A stretch of DNA of 64,000 bases from an uncultured Caulobacterales bacterium (GCA_903900155.1 CAIUMD010000025.1:22458-86457); one strand, 5' to 3'. Shown: positions 45,594-54,405, counted from the stretch's first letter. Notes: generated by a model from the letters alone, not told the origin. Program-made: numbers and translations.

Positions 45594-46378
45594 CGACCGG
45601 TCGACCGATCACCGAGGATGACCTGCAGGCCTATGTCGACGACGCGCTCGATCACCGTCGCCGCGTCGAGATCGAACAATGGTTGTCGTCTCACCCCGAA
45701 ACGGCTCAACGCCTGACGCACGACATCGCGATCAGGGGACAGCTGAGAGCCGCCCTCGCCCCAATCGCCGACGAGCCAACACCCGCCGAGCTCAACCTCG
45801 ACCGGCTGATCGAGCGCCATGGCCGTCCCATCGCCCGGCGCCGTGTCTGGTCCGCCCAGCTCGCGGCCGCCGTGGCGCTCGCCATCATTGGGACCGGCGC
45901 GGGCTGGGTTTTGCGCGGCGCAAGCCAGCCCAAGGACTACGGCGTCGTCGCCCTGACGCGGGAGGCGGTCGACAGCTACGCGGTGTTCGCGCCCGACACC
46001 GGTCGCCCCGTCGAGATCTCCGCTTCGGACGCGCCCCAGTTCATCGATTGGGCGTCGCGTCGCCTGGACCGTCCGGTGTCGATCCCGGACCTGTCGCCCT
46101 CGGGCTTCACGTTCATCGGCGGCCGGGTCGTGCCGACGTCCCACGGCCCCGCGGCGCTCTATCTCTTCGACAACGGCAAAGGGACCCGCCTGGCGCTGCT
46201 GACCCGAAACATGGCCCGCGACCAGAACGCGCCGATGTCGTCGTCGGACCGCGGCGCGGTCAACGCCATGACCTGGGCTGTCGATGGTCTGGGCTACAGC
46301 CTGGTGGGCCCACTCAAGCCGTCGACCTTGAGGCCGATCGCGAACGAGGCCCGAGCGCAATTCAGCGCCAGCATCTAG
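45590..46378 (+). CDS. Transmembrane anti-sigma factor
   Basis: GTG at 45590 overlaps the sigma stop (GTGA). N-terminal anti-sigma domain ITEDDLQAYVDDALD, one TM segment (LAAAVALAIIGTGAGWVL), and a periplasmic C-terminal domain of about 150 aa. Confidence 0.75.
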   Translation: MTTGRPITEDDLQAYVDDALDHRRRVEIEQWLSSHPETAQRLTHDIAIRGQLRAALAPIADEPTPAELNLDRLIERHGRPIARRRVWSAQLAAAVALAIIGTGAGWVLRGASQPKDYGVVALTREAVDSYAVFAPDTGRPVEISASDAPQFIDWASRRLDRPVSIPDLSPSGFTFIGGRVVPTSHGPAALYLFDNGKGTRLALLTRNMARDQNAPMSSSDRGAVNAMTWAVDGLGYSLVGPLKPSTLRPIANEARAQFSASI

Positions 46379-46480
46379 ATGTGCTTGTCGTCCAGGCCTG
46401 TCTCAAAGGCGCCAATAACGGTCCTTGGCCTGTTTCTGGGAACTGTACGTTCGGCGCAACGCAGCGACACGCTCGTCGTC

Positions 46481-46720
46481 TCAGCGTGAAAGCACCTTCA
46501 ATTCTCCCTGAATCGCACTGCCATCCGTAATCCGCCAGCGCGCGCACTTTTCCCGCGCGCGATCAAGGGTTGCGCGCTTGACGGGGATCCCTTTGCGGAA
46601 CTTGTTCCATGTCGTCTCGCTGATGCCCAGCACATCGAAGAGATACCGATCGGTGATGGCGGGAAGGCTTTCGCGCAGACGATCGAATTCCTCACGCGAA
46701 ATCGTGACCATCTCGACCAT
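46481..46720 (-). CDS. Hypothetical small protein with HTH-like segment
   Basis: 79 aa. LFDVLGISETTWNKFRKG resembles an XRE/Cro-type helix-turn-helix. It sits in a lower-GC noncoding stretch. Weak support. Confidence 0.4.
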   Translation of the reverse strand: MVEMVTISREEFDRLRESLPAITDRYLFDVLGISETTWNKFRKGIPVKRATLDRAREKCARWRITDGSAIQGELKVLSR

Positions 46721-46760
46721 TGACGGACAACTCCATTCATGACGCGACGAGGCGCGTGGA

Positions 46761-46793
46761 GCTCCGCCTTCGCGGGGAGAACGAAGGCGGAGC
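46761..46793 (-). terminator. Strong stem-loop 3' of the second ADC-like gene
   Basis: 12-bp stem gctccgccttcg/cgaaggcggagc with a 9-nt loop. A second 8-bp hairpin (gggacagg...cctgtccc) follows at about 46798-46836. No T-run. Confidence 0.45.
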
Positions 46794-46889
46794 GATAGGG
46801 ACAGGCCCGCAAAGGGGTGAGCGGCGTCCTGTCCCGCGAACTTCCGCGCCTGCTGGCGGCATTAGGGCGTCACTCGGACGCCATCCAGG

Positions 46890-47729
46890 TCAGGCGGCCG
46901 GCAACGCCTTGCGAACAGTCTCGAACTCCGTACCGTAGGATCGCGTGAACGCCATGTCCTGGAAGATGCAGCCTTCGACCGTGATGTCCTTGAGCAGGGT
47001 GGATGGCCACCCCTTGCCGGGCCCCGCCGGAGCGCGCTCGATCGGGATCGATCCGAAACTCAGGGTCCCCGTTCCGTGGATCGGACGGGAGAAATCGGTG
47101 TCGTCGAAGGTCAGGGACAACAGGTCCGCGCCGGGCTCGCCGCCGACGTACATCCCGGTGTAGGGCGCGTCCTCCACGCGTTTCACGCCATCCAGCACGC
47201 CCTGGAAACTCAACAGCGAAAAGCCGTACTGCTGGACGTCGAGATGGAACGGCACCGGCGAGCCCTCCGCCACCAACTTGCGGTCCTGCTCGAACATGTA
47301 GGTCATTTCGGCGTCGGCCCATCGCTTGACGCCGACCAGGGTCGAGCCGATCCCCCAGGGGAGGCTTTCCCACATCAGGATATTGCGCTGGCGCGGACCG
47401 AACTTTGGCGTGGTGGCCATGGTCGATATGCCGATCTGCAGGCCGCTGGCGTGAGGCCCCGCAGGCGGATAGCCCTTCGACGTTCCTCCCTTTTTACGCT
47501 GGGCCTTGATGAAGGCGCGGTGCGGATTCACGGCGGTCAGTCCCGGCGGCATGAAGGCGTTCAGGTCGGTCGAGGTCGTGAACATGATGTTCATCGTCTC
47601 CCCATACTCGCCAGGAACCTTCAGAGGGACCGCGTCCGAGGCCGGAGCCCGGTCCGCCGGGATCTGCGCCGAAGCGCGCGCGGCCGCGAGGCCGAAGACT
47701 CCGCCCAGGATGAGATCACGTCGCTGCAT
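46890..47729 (-). CDS. Tat-signal protein, acetoacetate-decarboxylase-family-like (paralogue 2)
   Basis: 279 aa. MQRRDLILGGVFGLAAARASAQ twin-arginine signal. The block order resembles the ADC beta-cone family (tentative). About 60-65% identical to the upstream ORF by hand alignment. Confidence 0.6.
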   Translation of the reverse strand: MQRRDLILGGVFGLAAARASAQIPADRAPASDAVPLKVPGEYGETMNIMFTTSTDLNAFMPPGLTAVNPHRAFIKAQRKKGGTSKGYPPAGPHASGLQIGISTMATTPKFGPRQRNILMWESLPWGIGSTLVGVKRWADAEMTYMFEQDRKLVAEGSPVPFHLDVQQYGFSLLSFQGVLDGVKRVEDAPYTGMYVGGEPGADLLSLTFDDTDFSRPIHGTGTLSFGSIPIERAPAGPGKGWPSTLLKDITVEGCIFQDMAFTRSYGTEFETVRKALPAA

Positions 47730-47849
47730 GATGGTCGCTCGCCTGTCCTTGCGTGTTTTCAGAAGCCCGAAGGCAGACTACGTCGTGGCGGCCTGACCGC
47801 ACGGCTTGCGCGGCCCATGACCGCCTGGCGGACGAACAGCCCCCCGCCC

Positions 47850-48701
47850 TCACAGCCGTGAACGCCCGTTGCCCGGCAGAGCCTTGCGCACGGTCTTCAT
47901 CTCGCCGCCGTATGTCCGGGTGAACGAGAAGTCCTGGAAGACGCATCCTTCGACGTGGATGTCTTTCAGCAGCGAGGCCGACCAGCCCTTGCCAGGTCCG
48001 GGGGGCCCTCGATCGGCCGGATTATCGCCAAAGCTCAGCGTTCCGGAGCCGTACACCGGATGGGAAAACTCGGAGGCGTCCAGGGTCAGGGCCGTGAGAT
48101 CCTGACCAGGATCGCCGCCCACGTAGAAGCCCGGATAGGCCGGATGCTCAACCCGCTTCACCCCGTCGAGCGCGCCGGCGAAGCTCATCAGCGAATGACC
48201 GTCCTGCTCGACGGTGATGTAGATCGGAACCGGCGTGCCCTGCGCGACGAGCTTGTGGTCCAGCTCGAAGACCTGCGTCATCTCCACCTTGCCCCATCGC
48301 TTGACGGCGAGCAGCGTCGAGCCGACCGCCCAGGCGCGATTTTCCCACATCAGGATGTTGCGATGGCGCGGCCCGAACTCCGGCGTGGTGGCCATGGTGG
48401 TGATGCAGATCTGATCGTACTGGGCGAAGGCCGCCGGCATCTGATCAGCCTCCGGCGAGCGCAGCTTTACGCGCTCGGCCTTGATGAAGGCGCGATGAGG
48501 ATCCACGGCCGTCAGCCCCGGCGGCATGAAGGCGTTCAGGTCCGTCGACGTGGTGAACAGGATCTCCATCGTCTGACCGTAGTTGCTCGGGATGTAGGGC
48601 TTGGACGCCTTGGCTGGAGCGCCGGCGTAGGCGTTCTGAGCCGCAGCGCCGGCCGCGGCGAGACCGAGCGCGCCGCCCAGAACCAGATCGCGTCTATTCA
48701 T
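47850..48701 (-). CDS. Tat-signal protein, acetoacetate-decarboxylase-family-like (paralogue 1)
   Basis: 283 aa. MNRRDLVLGGALGLAAAGAAAQ signal. Shares FTTSTDLNAFMPPGLTAV.PHRAFIKA, TMATTP.FGPR.RNILMWE and GTLSFG...GPGKGW..LLKDI.VEGC.FQD with the downstream paralogue. Confidence 0.6.
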   Translation of the reverse strand: MNRRDLVLGGALGLAAAGAAAQNAYAGAPAKASKPYIPSNYGQTMEILFTTSTDLNAFMPPGLTAVDPHRAFIKAERVKLRSPEADQMPAAFAQYDQICITTMATTPEFGPRHRNILMWENRAWAVGSTLLAVKRWGKVEMTQVFELDHKLVAQGTPVPIYITVEQDGHSLMSFAGALDGVKRVEHPAYPGFYVGGDPGQDLTALTLDASEFSHPVYGSGTLSFGDNPADRGPPGPGKGWSASLLKDIHVEGCVFQDFSFTRTYGGEMKTVRKALPGNGRSRL

Positions 48702-48746
48702 GGTGCTTACTCGCCTGTGCTTGAGATAAAATGGGTCCGGACCCGA

Positions 48747-50015
48747 CTAGGCCTCGACGGCCGAGGACGACGCCAGTGAACCCGGGATCGAAGGCGTCGC
48801 GGGCCAGACAGGACGCCAGGCCAGCGACGCGAACAGCGCCGCGCCGCCGGCGAACAGCACCGCGCCTCCCCAAAGGGCTGGCTGATAGGCGCCGGTCCGG
48901 TCGTAGATCGCGCCCATGATCGGCGCGCCCAATCCATTGCCCAGGCTGAACATGGCGAAGAGGCAGCCATAGATCTGGCCATAGGCTCGCAGTCCGAAAT
49001 GACGCGCGGCGAAATAGGACAGGAAGTCGATCTCGGCGCCGGCGGCTAGGCCCAGGAGCAGCACCGCGACGGTCAGCGCCGCGCGATCGGCGCCGCAGGT
49101 CGCCAGGATCACCGCGGCCGCCACGGGCGCGATCAGGGTCAGCCCCGCCACCAGCGCGGGCGGGAAACGATCGAGCAGCGCCCCGACCACGATCCGGCTC
49201 ACGAAGACGGCCAGACCCATCGTTCCGGCGATCCCCGCCGCCTGCGCGGGGGCCAGTCCCCGGTCGGTGAGCATGGGGACTAGGTGGATGATGGTCCCGC
49301 TCTGCGCGGTGATCAAAAGCAGGACCCCGATCGCCAAGGTCCAGAAGGCGCCGGTGCGAAGCGCCTCGGCCAAGGTCAGGCCCGACAGCGCCAATTTCGG
49401 GCCTTCGCCGCCATGTTTCGGCGCGCGCCCTAGCAGCAGGATGACCGCCGGGAAGACAACCAGGGCGGAAAATCCCGCTATGCCCAGATAACCGGCGCTC
49501 CATCCCCGGTGCGTGATCAGCCACTGAACCGCCGGCACGCCGACGACGCCGGCCGTCGCGCTTCCCAGCAGCGTCAGGCCCAGCGCCAGGCCGCGGGCCT
49601 TGACGAACCGCTGGCTAACCGCGCGGGTCCAGCTGACGGGCGCGGTCGCGCATCCCAGCACGGCCACGCCCAGGCATCCGGCATAGAAGGTCCAGACGTC
49701 CGGCCCGACCCGCGACATCAGGACGAAAGCGAGCGCCGCCCCGATCAGCGACGGACCCGCCACGCGCCGCACGCCCCACCGATCGATCATCCACCCGACC
49801 AGGGGCGCGCACACGACGGTGCCCAAGGTGATGAAGCTCATCCCCAGCGTAATCTCGCCCCGCGTCCATCCGAACGCGGCGTTCAGAGGCTTCACGAACA
49901 GGCCGAAGGTATAGAAAGCCAAGCCCGTGAGACCGGCGCAGGCGCCGAGCGCGCTGGCTAGGATCGTCGTCCAACCCGATCGAAATTCGCTGCTGGCGGT
50001 CGTCATCAAACGCAT
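48747..50015 (-). CDS. MFS transporter
   Basis: 422 aa with about 12 hydrophobic segments. It lies 45 bp upstream of the ADC-like pair on the same strand. Confidence 0.88.
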   Translation of the reverse strand: MRLMTTASSEFRSGWTTILASALGACAGLTGLAFYTFGLFVKPLNAAFGWTRGEITLGMSFITLGTVVCAPLVGWMIDRWGVRRVAGPSLIGAALAFVLMSRVGPDVWTFYAGCLGVAVLGCATAPVSWTRAVSQRFVKARGLALGLTLLGSATAGVVGVPAVQWLITHRGWSAGYLGIAGFSALVVFPAVILLLGRAPKHGGEGPKLALSGLTLAEALRTGAFWTLAIGVLLLITAQSGTIIHLVPMLTDRGLAPAQAAGIAGTMGLAVFVSRIVVGALLDRFPPALVAGLTLIAPVAAAVILATCGADRAALTVAVLLLGLAAGAEIDFLSYFAARHFGLRAYGQIYGCLFAMFSLGNGLGAPIMGAIYDRTGAYQPALWGGAVLFAGGAALFASLAWRPVWPATPSIPGSLASSSAVEA

Positions 50016-50236
50016 CTCCGAAGGCGACGAATGATCGCCCGTTCACTGACGCTCCATTCCGGCGCCGCAACGGCACTTTGGGGGAGTGTTTTCTGGTTTT
50101 GATCACCTTGCGGATAAAAGCTTCGCCTCAATCGACATCCCGCACGCCTGCGAGCGACGGGATGTCCGACGCCGCTCAAATGTCGGGCATCCGGTCTCCC
50201 GTTCCCCATAGAGGGGGCAGCTTGCACCCTAAGTTG

Positions 50237-50254
50237 TTGACAGGGTTACGTAAC
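50237..50254 (+). promoter_or_regulatory. TTGACA -35-like hexamer immediately followed by the 10-bp perfect palindrome GTTACGTAAC
   Basis: ttgaca (50237-50242) and gttacgtaac (50245-50254) read directly. They lie about 50 nt upstream of the IclR-family start, in the divergent MFS/IclR intergenic region. Confidence 0.35.
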
Positions 50255-50304
50255 ACCGCGTTCGATGACTCACGCGAAGTCGATTTTTCTCATGGGGTGA
50301 CGAC

Positions 50305-51129
50305 ATGGAGAGAGGTGTTCCGATCCGCTCGGTCAGCCGTAGCTTGGCGGTTCTTCAGGTCATCAACGCAGCCGGCTCGATGTCGCTGATGGAGATCGCG
50401 CGGGCCGTGAAGGTGCCCTACGCGACCGCGGCGCGTCTTGTGCTCACCCTGCTGCATGAAGGGATGATCGAGAAGGAGCCCGGCCGGAAGAACTACCGGC
50501 CGACCATGCTCGTGCAATCCCTGGCCAGCGGCTACAATGACCATAGCCACTTGGGCGCGGTCGCCCGCCAGCACATCGTGGACCTGACCAACAAACATGG
50601 CTGGCCGGTGGCGGTTTCGACCCGGTTCGGCATGAACATGATCGTGCGCGAATGTACGCACACGCTCTCGCCCTACACCTTGTCGACCTACTATCCGGGC
50701 TTCGTCTATCCCCTCCTGCAGTCCGCCGCCGGCCTTGTCCACCTGGCCTTCTCCAGTGAGCGTGAGCGGGACCTGAGCCTGCTGGATCTGACGGCTTCGG
50801 GCGATCATGACCGCACGGCGCTGGGCGCCTCGGAGGCCGCCTTGGAGGACATCCGCGCCAAGGGCTACGCCACGCGCGGGCGCAACCGCTTCACGGTGCC
50901 CGAGGGCAAGAACTCGGCGATCGCGGCGCCGATCTTCCACCAGGGCCGCCTGTGCGGCACGCTGGCCCTCATCTTCCTGGCGTCGGCGACGCGGATGGAC
51001 AAGGCCGTCGAGCTCTGCGCGCAGGACGTCGTCGACACGGCCCGCGCCGTCAGCCAGGACCTCGATCGCCTCGATGCGAACGCAGGCCGGCGCGGCCCCT
51101 TCGAGGAGAACATCCGCGCCGTCGGCTAG
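50305..51129 (+). CDS. IclR family transcriptional regulator
   Basis: 274 aa. N-terminal wHTH SVSRSLAVLQVINAAGSMSLMEIARAVKVPYATAARLVLTL and a C-terminal effector domain. Confidence 0.88.
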   Translation: MERGVPIRSVSRSLAVLQVINAAGSMSLMEIARAVKVPYATAARLVLTLLHEGMIEKEPGRKNYRPTMLVQSLASGYNDHSHLGAVARQHIVDLTNKHGWPVAVSTRFGMNMIVRECTHTLSPYTLSTYYPGFVYPLLQSAAGLVHLAFSSERERDLSLLDLTASGDHDRTALGASEAALEDIRAKGYATRGRNRFTVPEGKNSAIAAPIFHQGRLCGTLALIFLASATRMDKAVELCAQDVVDTARAVSQDLDRLDANAGRRGPFEENIRAVG

Positions 51130-51162
51130 AGGTCTTTATGGATGTCGGACGCGCCGGGAACG

Positions 51163-52092
51163 CTATGCGTCCCCGGCGGCCTTTTTCCAGGCGTCCGCGA
51201 TCTGGCTTGCGGTGGCCGACCAGACCCCAGCATCCGCGCCCAGGGCGCCGAGCGCCCCGCGCAGGGCCCAGATGCGGAAAGGCTGCCCCGAGACATAGGG
51301 CGTCAGGCTGAAGCCCAGCACCTGTCCCCCGAAACGGGGCGCCTCTTCCTTGGTGAACCGCATGGCTTCCAGAATCTGATCGGCCCATTCGGCTTCGGTC
51401 TGACGCCGGTCGCTCAGCAGGACCCGGTCGTCCAGCTCCGTCGACAACGGTACGGCGATCACTTCGCGCGAAGCGGTCTTCATCGGCACGGGCAGGCTGT
51501 CCTGCTCCCAGTCCAGGCAGACGTCGAAACCGGCTTCGGCGATCAAGTCGAGCGTTTCGAACGACTGTTGTCGCGCGGGGCTCATCCAGGTGCGCGGCGT
51601 CAAGCCGGCCTTGTCGAAGGCCGTCCGCGTCTGCTCGACCCATTGGCGCTCGACGCCGGCGTCCAGGCCCGACCAGTGGATGTGATCGGTGTCGACGCCA
51701 TAGGCGGCGATCTCGTGCCCGTCCTCGATCAGCGCCTCGATCAAAGGCCGCACGCGCTCCAGCAGGACCGCGTTGATCGGAACGGTCGCCTTCAGACCCG
51801 CCGCCTTTAGTTCGCGCAGGATGCGGAAGATCCCGACACGGTTGCCGTAGTCCCGCGTCGTGAAATGACGCAGGTCCGGATAGGGCGTCACCATGGCGCC
51901 GGGATGCTTGAAGGGCTTGCCCGCCGGATTGAGCATATGGAACTCGAGCGGCGTGACGATCAGACAGGCTGCGGCCGCCCGTCCCGGCCAGGCGATCGGC
52001 GCGCGTTCACACGACGACCGCCAGGGATAGCGCGGCTGGTCGGCGCCGTAGGCGCGATGCGGATAGGCCAGGTATTCGTCAGGAACCGGCAT
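51163..52092 (-). CDS. Polysaccharide deacetylase-fold hydrolase (PuuE/allantoinase-like)
   Basis: The ATG at 52092 (MPVPDEYLAYPHRAYG...) overlaps the upstream gene by 14 bp; TTG at 52119 is an alternative. ...RDYGNRVGIFRIL... resembles the PuuE-like family. Confidence 0.8.
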   Translation of the reverse strand: MPVPDEYLAYPHRAYGADQPRYPWRSSCERAPIAWPGRAAAACLIVTPLEFHMLNPAGKPFKHPGAMVTPYPDLRHFTTRDYGNRVGIFRILRELKAAGLKATVPINAVLLERVRPLIEALIEDGHEIAAYGVDTDHIHWSGLDAGVERQWVEQTRTAFDKAGLTPRTWMSPARQQSFETLDLIAEAGFDVCLDWEQDSLPVPMKTASREVIAVPLSTELDDRVLLSDRRQTEAEWADQILEAMRFTKEEAPRFGGQVLGFSLTPYVSGQPFRIWALRGALGALGADAGVWSATASQIADAWKKAAGDA

Positions 52093-53041
52093 GGGCGGCC
52101 TCGGTTGATGTGAACCCAAAGCCGCCGGTGGCGAGGCCGCGGGCGGCCACGTCGTCGAGGGTCTGGTCGAAAAACTGCTCGCGGTAGACTCCGGCGATCT
52201 CCGAGGCCGTGGTGATCCACACGTCGTCGCTGTTCTCGGAGATGTACTTCAGCGCCTCGGCGAACGGGCCCAGGCGATGCGGCTGGCTGACCAGGTACGC
52301 ATGCAGCGGAATGCACATGACCACGCCGCTCTGCTGACTTTCCTCGAGCAGTTGATCGAAGTGCCGCTTCAGCACGTCGGCGTAGCGCTGCGGCGCCATG
52401 GCCAGCGAGCCGTAGGTGATCACGTCATTGACCTCGAGCGAATAGGGCATCGAGATCAGCTTCCCGGTCCGGGTCTTCACCGGCTGGGGCTGGTCGTCCT
52501 GAAAGAGGTCGCAGGTGTACCAGAAATCGTACTCCGCCAGCAGGTCCAGGGTGCGTTCGGTATGGGTCAGGGCCGGCGCCAGATAGCCTCGGATGCGCTG
52601 GCCGGTGGCCGATTGGATCGAGCGGATCGAATCCTCGATGATCGCCCGCTCCTGGGCCTCGTCCATGTTGTACGAGTAGCGCGTGTTGTAGATGCCGTGG
52701 GAGAAGAACTCCCAATCGCGCGCGACGCACGCCTCGATGATCTCTGGATGATGGTCGATCAAAGCCGTCGACAGCGAGATCGAACCGCGCATGCCGTATT
52801 TGTCCATCAACTCCATCAGCCGCCAATGTCCGACGCGGTTTCCCCAGTCGCGCTGGGAGTAGCCGACGACGTCGGGGGACGGCCGAGGCCAGCCCGGACG
52901 CGAGACGTTCCTGGGCGGATCGAATTCATAGAACTCGATATTGGGCGCGATCCAGAACGCCAGCTTCTTGCCGCCCGGCCAAACGATGGGCGGACGGTCC
53001 TTGTAGGGCCAATAATCGTAAAGGTTGGGATCGGCGAGCAT
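52079..53041 (-). CDS. Polysaccharide deacetylase-fold hydrolase (PuuE/allantoinase-like), second copy
   Basis: 320 aa. ...RPPIVWPGGKKLAFWIAPNIEFYE...RDWGNRVGHWRLMELMD.... Paralogous to the downstream gene. Confidence 0.8.
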   Translation of the reverse strand: MLADPNLYDYWPYKDRPPIVWPGGKKLAFWIAPNIEFYEFDPPRNVSRPGWPRPSPDVVGYSQRDWGNRVGHWRLMELMDKYGMRGSISLSTALIDHHPEIIEACVARDWEFFSHGIYNTRYSYNMDEAQERAIIEDSIRSIQSATGQRIRGYLAPALTHTERTLDLLAEYDFWYTCDLFQDDQPQPVKTRTGKLISMPYSLEVNDVITYGSLAMAPQRYADVLKRHFDQLLEESQQSGVVMCIPLHAYLVSQPHRLGPFAEALKYISENSDDVWITTASEIAGVYREQFFDQTLDDVAARGLATGGFGFTSTEAAHAGS

Positions 53042-53917
53042 CTATTGCGCGGCCTCTAGCGTAGGTGAAAAACGTTGCCCCTGGCGGACGATGTCGTCCA
53101 AGCCGATGCGCGCGTTCACGCCCCTCAGGTCCGTCATCGGTCCGGCGAACGCGGCCGTCGAGCCGGTGGCCTTCAGCGTCGCCAGCAGCGCCTCCAGGTG
53201 TGGGACCAGGGCGCGAACGAGCGCGCCGGGCGTGATGACCAGCGCAAAGCCCAGGGCCGTGAGGTCTTCGGCCGTGCGGATCGGCGTCGAGCCCCCCTCG
53301 ACCATGTTGGCCAGAAGCGGAATCCGCTTGCTGAATTGGACCGCGACCTGGCGCATCTGCGCCTCGGACTGCGGCGCCTCGACGAACAGCACGTCGGCGC
53401 CGGCTTCGCGGTAGAGCTCCGCCCGCGCCAGGGCGGCCTCGAAGCCCTCCACGGCGATGGCGTCGGTGCGGGCGACGATCAGGGTTTCCGACGACAGACG
53501 GGCGTCGACGGCGGCCTTGATCTTGCCGACCATGACCTCAGCCGGTTCGACAGTCTTGCCCAGTAGGTGGCCGCAGCGCTTGGGCGAGGTCTGATCCTCG
53601 AGCTGGATGGCGTTCGCCCCTGCACGCTCCAGGACGCGCACCGTCCGCTGCACGTTCAGGGCGTTGCCGAAGCCGGTGTCTGCGTCAACGATGAGCTTGA
53701 GGCCCACGCGATCCCGGATGCGCGCGGTCACGTCGGCGACCTGCTCCAGGCCCAGCAGGCCGATGTCGGGCCGCCCCAGCTGGGTGTAGGCGATCGAGGC
53801 GCCGGATAGAAAGGCCGCCTCGAACCCGGCCTGCTCGACCAGCAGCGCCGTCAGCGGGTCGTAGACGCCCGGCGCGACAAGGGCGGGGCCCGTACTCAGG
53901 CGGTGCTTCAAACTCAT
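53042..53917 (-). CDS. Isocitrate lyase / PEP mutase superfamily lyase (methylisocitrate-lyase / dimethylmalate-lyase-like)
   Basis: 291 aa. Signature IQLEDQTSPKRCGHLLGK (K-R-C-G-H), ...DADTGFGN.... Its stop abuts the next gene's start. Confidence 0.85.
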   Translation of the reverse strand: MSLKHRLSTGPALVAPGVYDPLTALLVEQAGFEAAFLSGASIAYTQLGRPDIGLLGLEQVADVTARIRDRVGLKLIVDADTGFGNALNVQRTVRVLERAGANAIQLEDQTSPKRCGHLLGKTVEPAEVMVGKIKAAVDARLSSETLIVARTDAIAVEGFEAALARAELYREAGADVLFVEAPQSEAQMRQVAVQFSKRIPLLANMVEGGSTPIRTAEDLTALGFALVITPGALVRALVPHLEALLATLKATGSTAAFAGPMTDLRGVNARIGLDDIVRQGQRFSPTLEAAQ

Positions 53918-54405
53918 GCTCGGGTCCCGTTGAAACGGCGCTTCAGATGCTCGGTCAGCCCGCCATCGCGGATTACCGCCAACAGGTGCGGCGGGAGCGC
54001 TTGGAAGGCGTAGGCGCGGCCTTGCGTGCGATTGTCCGCCCGCCCCTGTTCGAGATCGAAGCCGATCTCGTCGCCGGCCGCGATCTCGCCGGCCTCGGGC
54101 AGCACCAGCGCCGGCAGGCCGATATTGATGGCGTTGCGATAGAAGATGCGCGCGAACGACTGGGCGAAGACCGCCGCCACGCCCAGCAGCTTCAGCGAGA
54201 TCGCCGCCTGCTCGCGAGACGACCCCATGCCGAAGTTCGCCCCCGCGACGACGATGTCCCCTCGCCTCACCACGGAAGCAAACTGAGGATCGACGGCCTC
54301 AAGGCAGAAGCGCGCCATCTCGCGAGGCTCCAGCTTCATGGCGTGCCCCGGCGCCAGCAGATCCGTGTCGATATTGTCACCGAAGACGAAGGCCCGCCCC
54401 ATCAT
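53914..54405 (-). CDS. Aconitase-family hydratase small subunit (LeuD type 2-like)
   Basis: 163 aa. GDNIDTD and GANFGMGSSREQA motifs. 4-bp overlaps on both sides. Confidence 0.85.
   Translation of the reverse strand: MMGRAFVFGDNIDTDLLAPGHAMKLEPREMARFCLEAVDPQFASVVRRGDIVVAGANFGMGSSREQAAISLKLLGVAAVFAQSFARIFYRNAINIGLPALVLPEAGEIAAGDEIGFDLEQGRADNRTQGRAYAFQALPPHLLAVIRDGGLTEHLKRRFNGTRA

Noticed and set aside
46439-46470. Second GGAAC ECF-like -35 motif downstream of the anti-sigma gene
   Set aside because: It points toward a minus-strand ORF, has no matching -10 (TCT/CGT) element at 16-17 nt, and no plus-strand gene follows.
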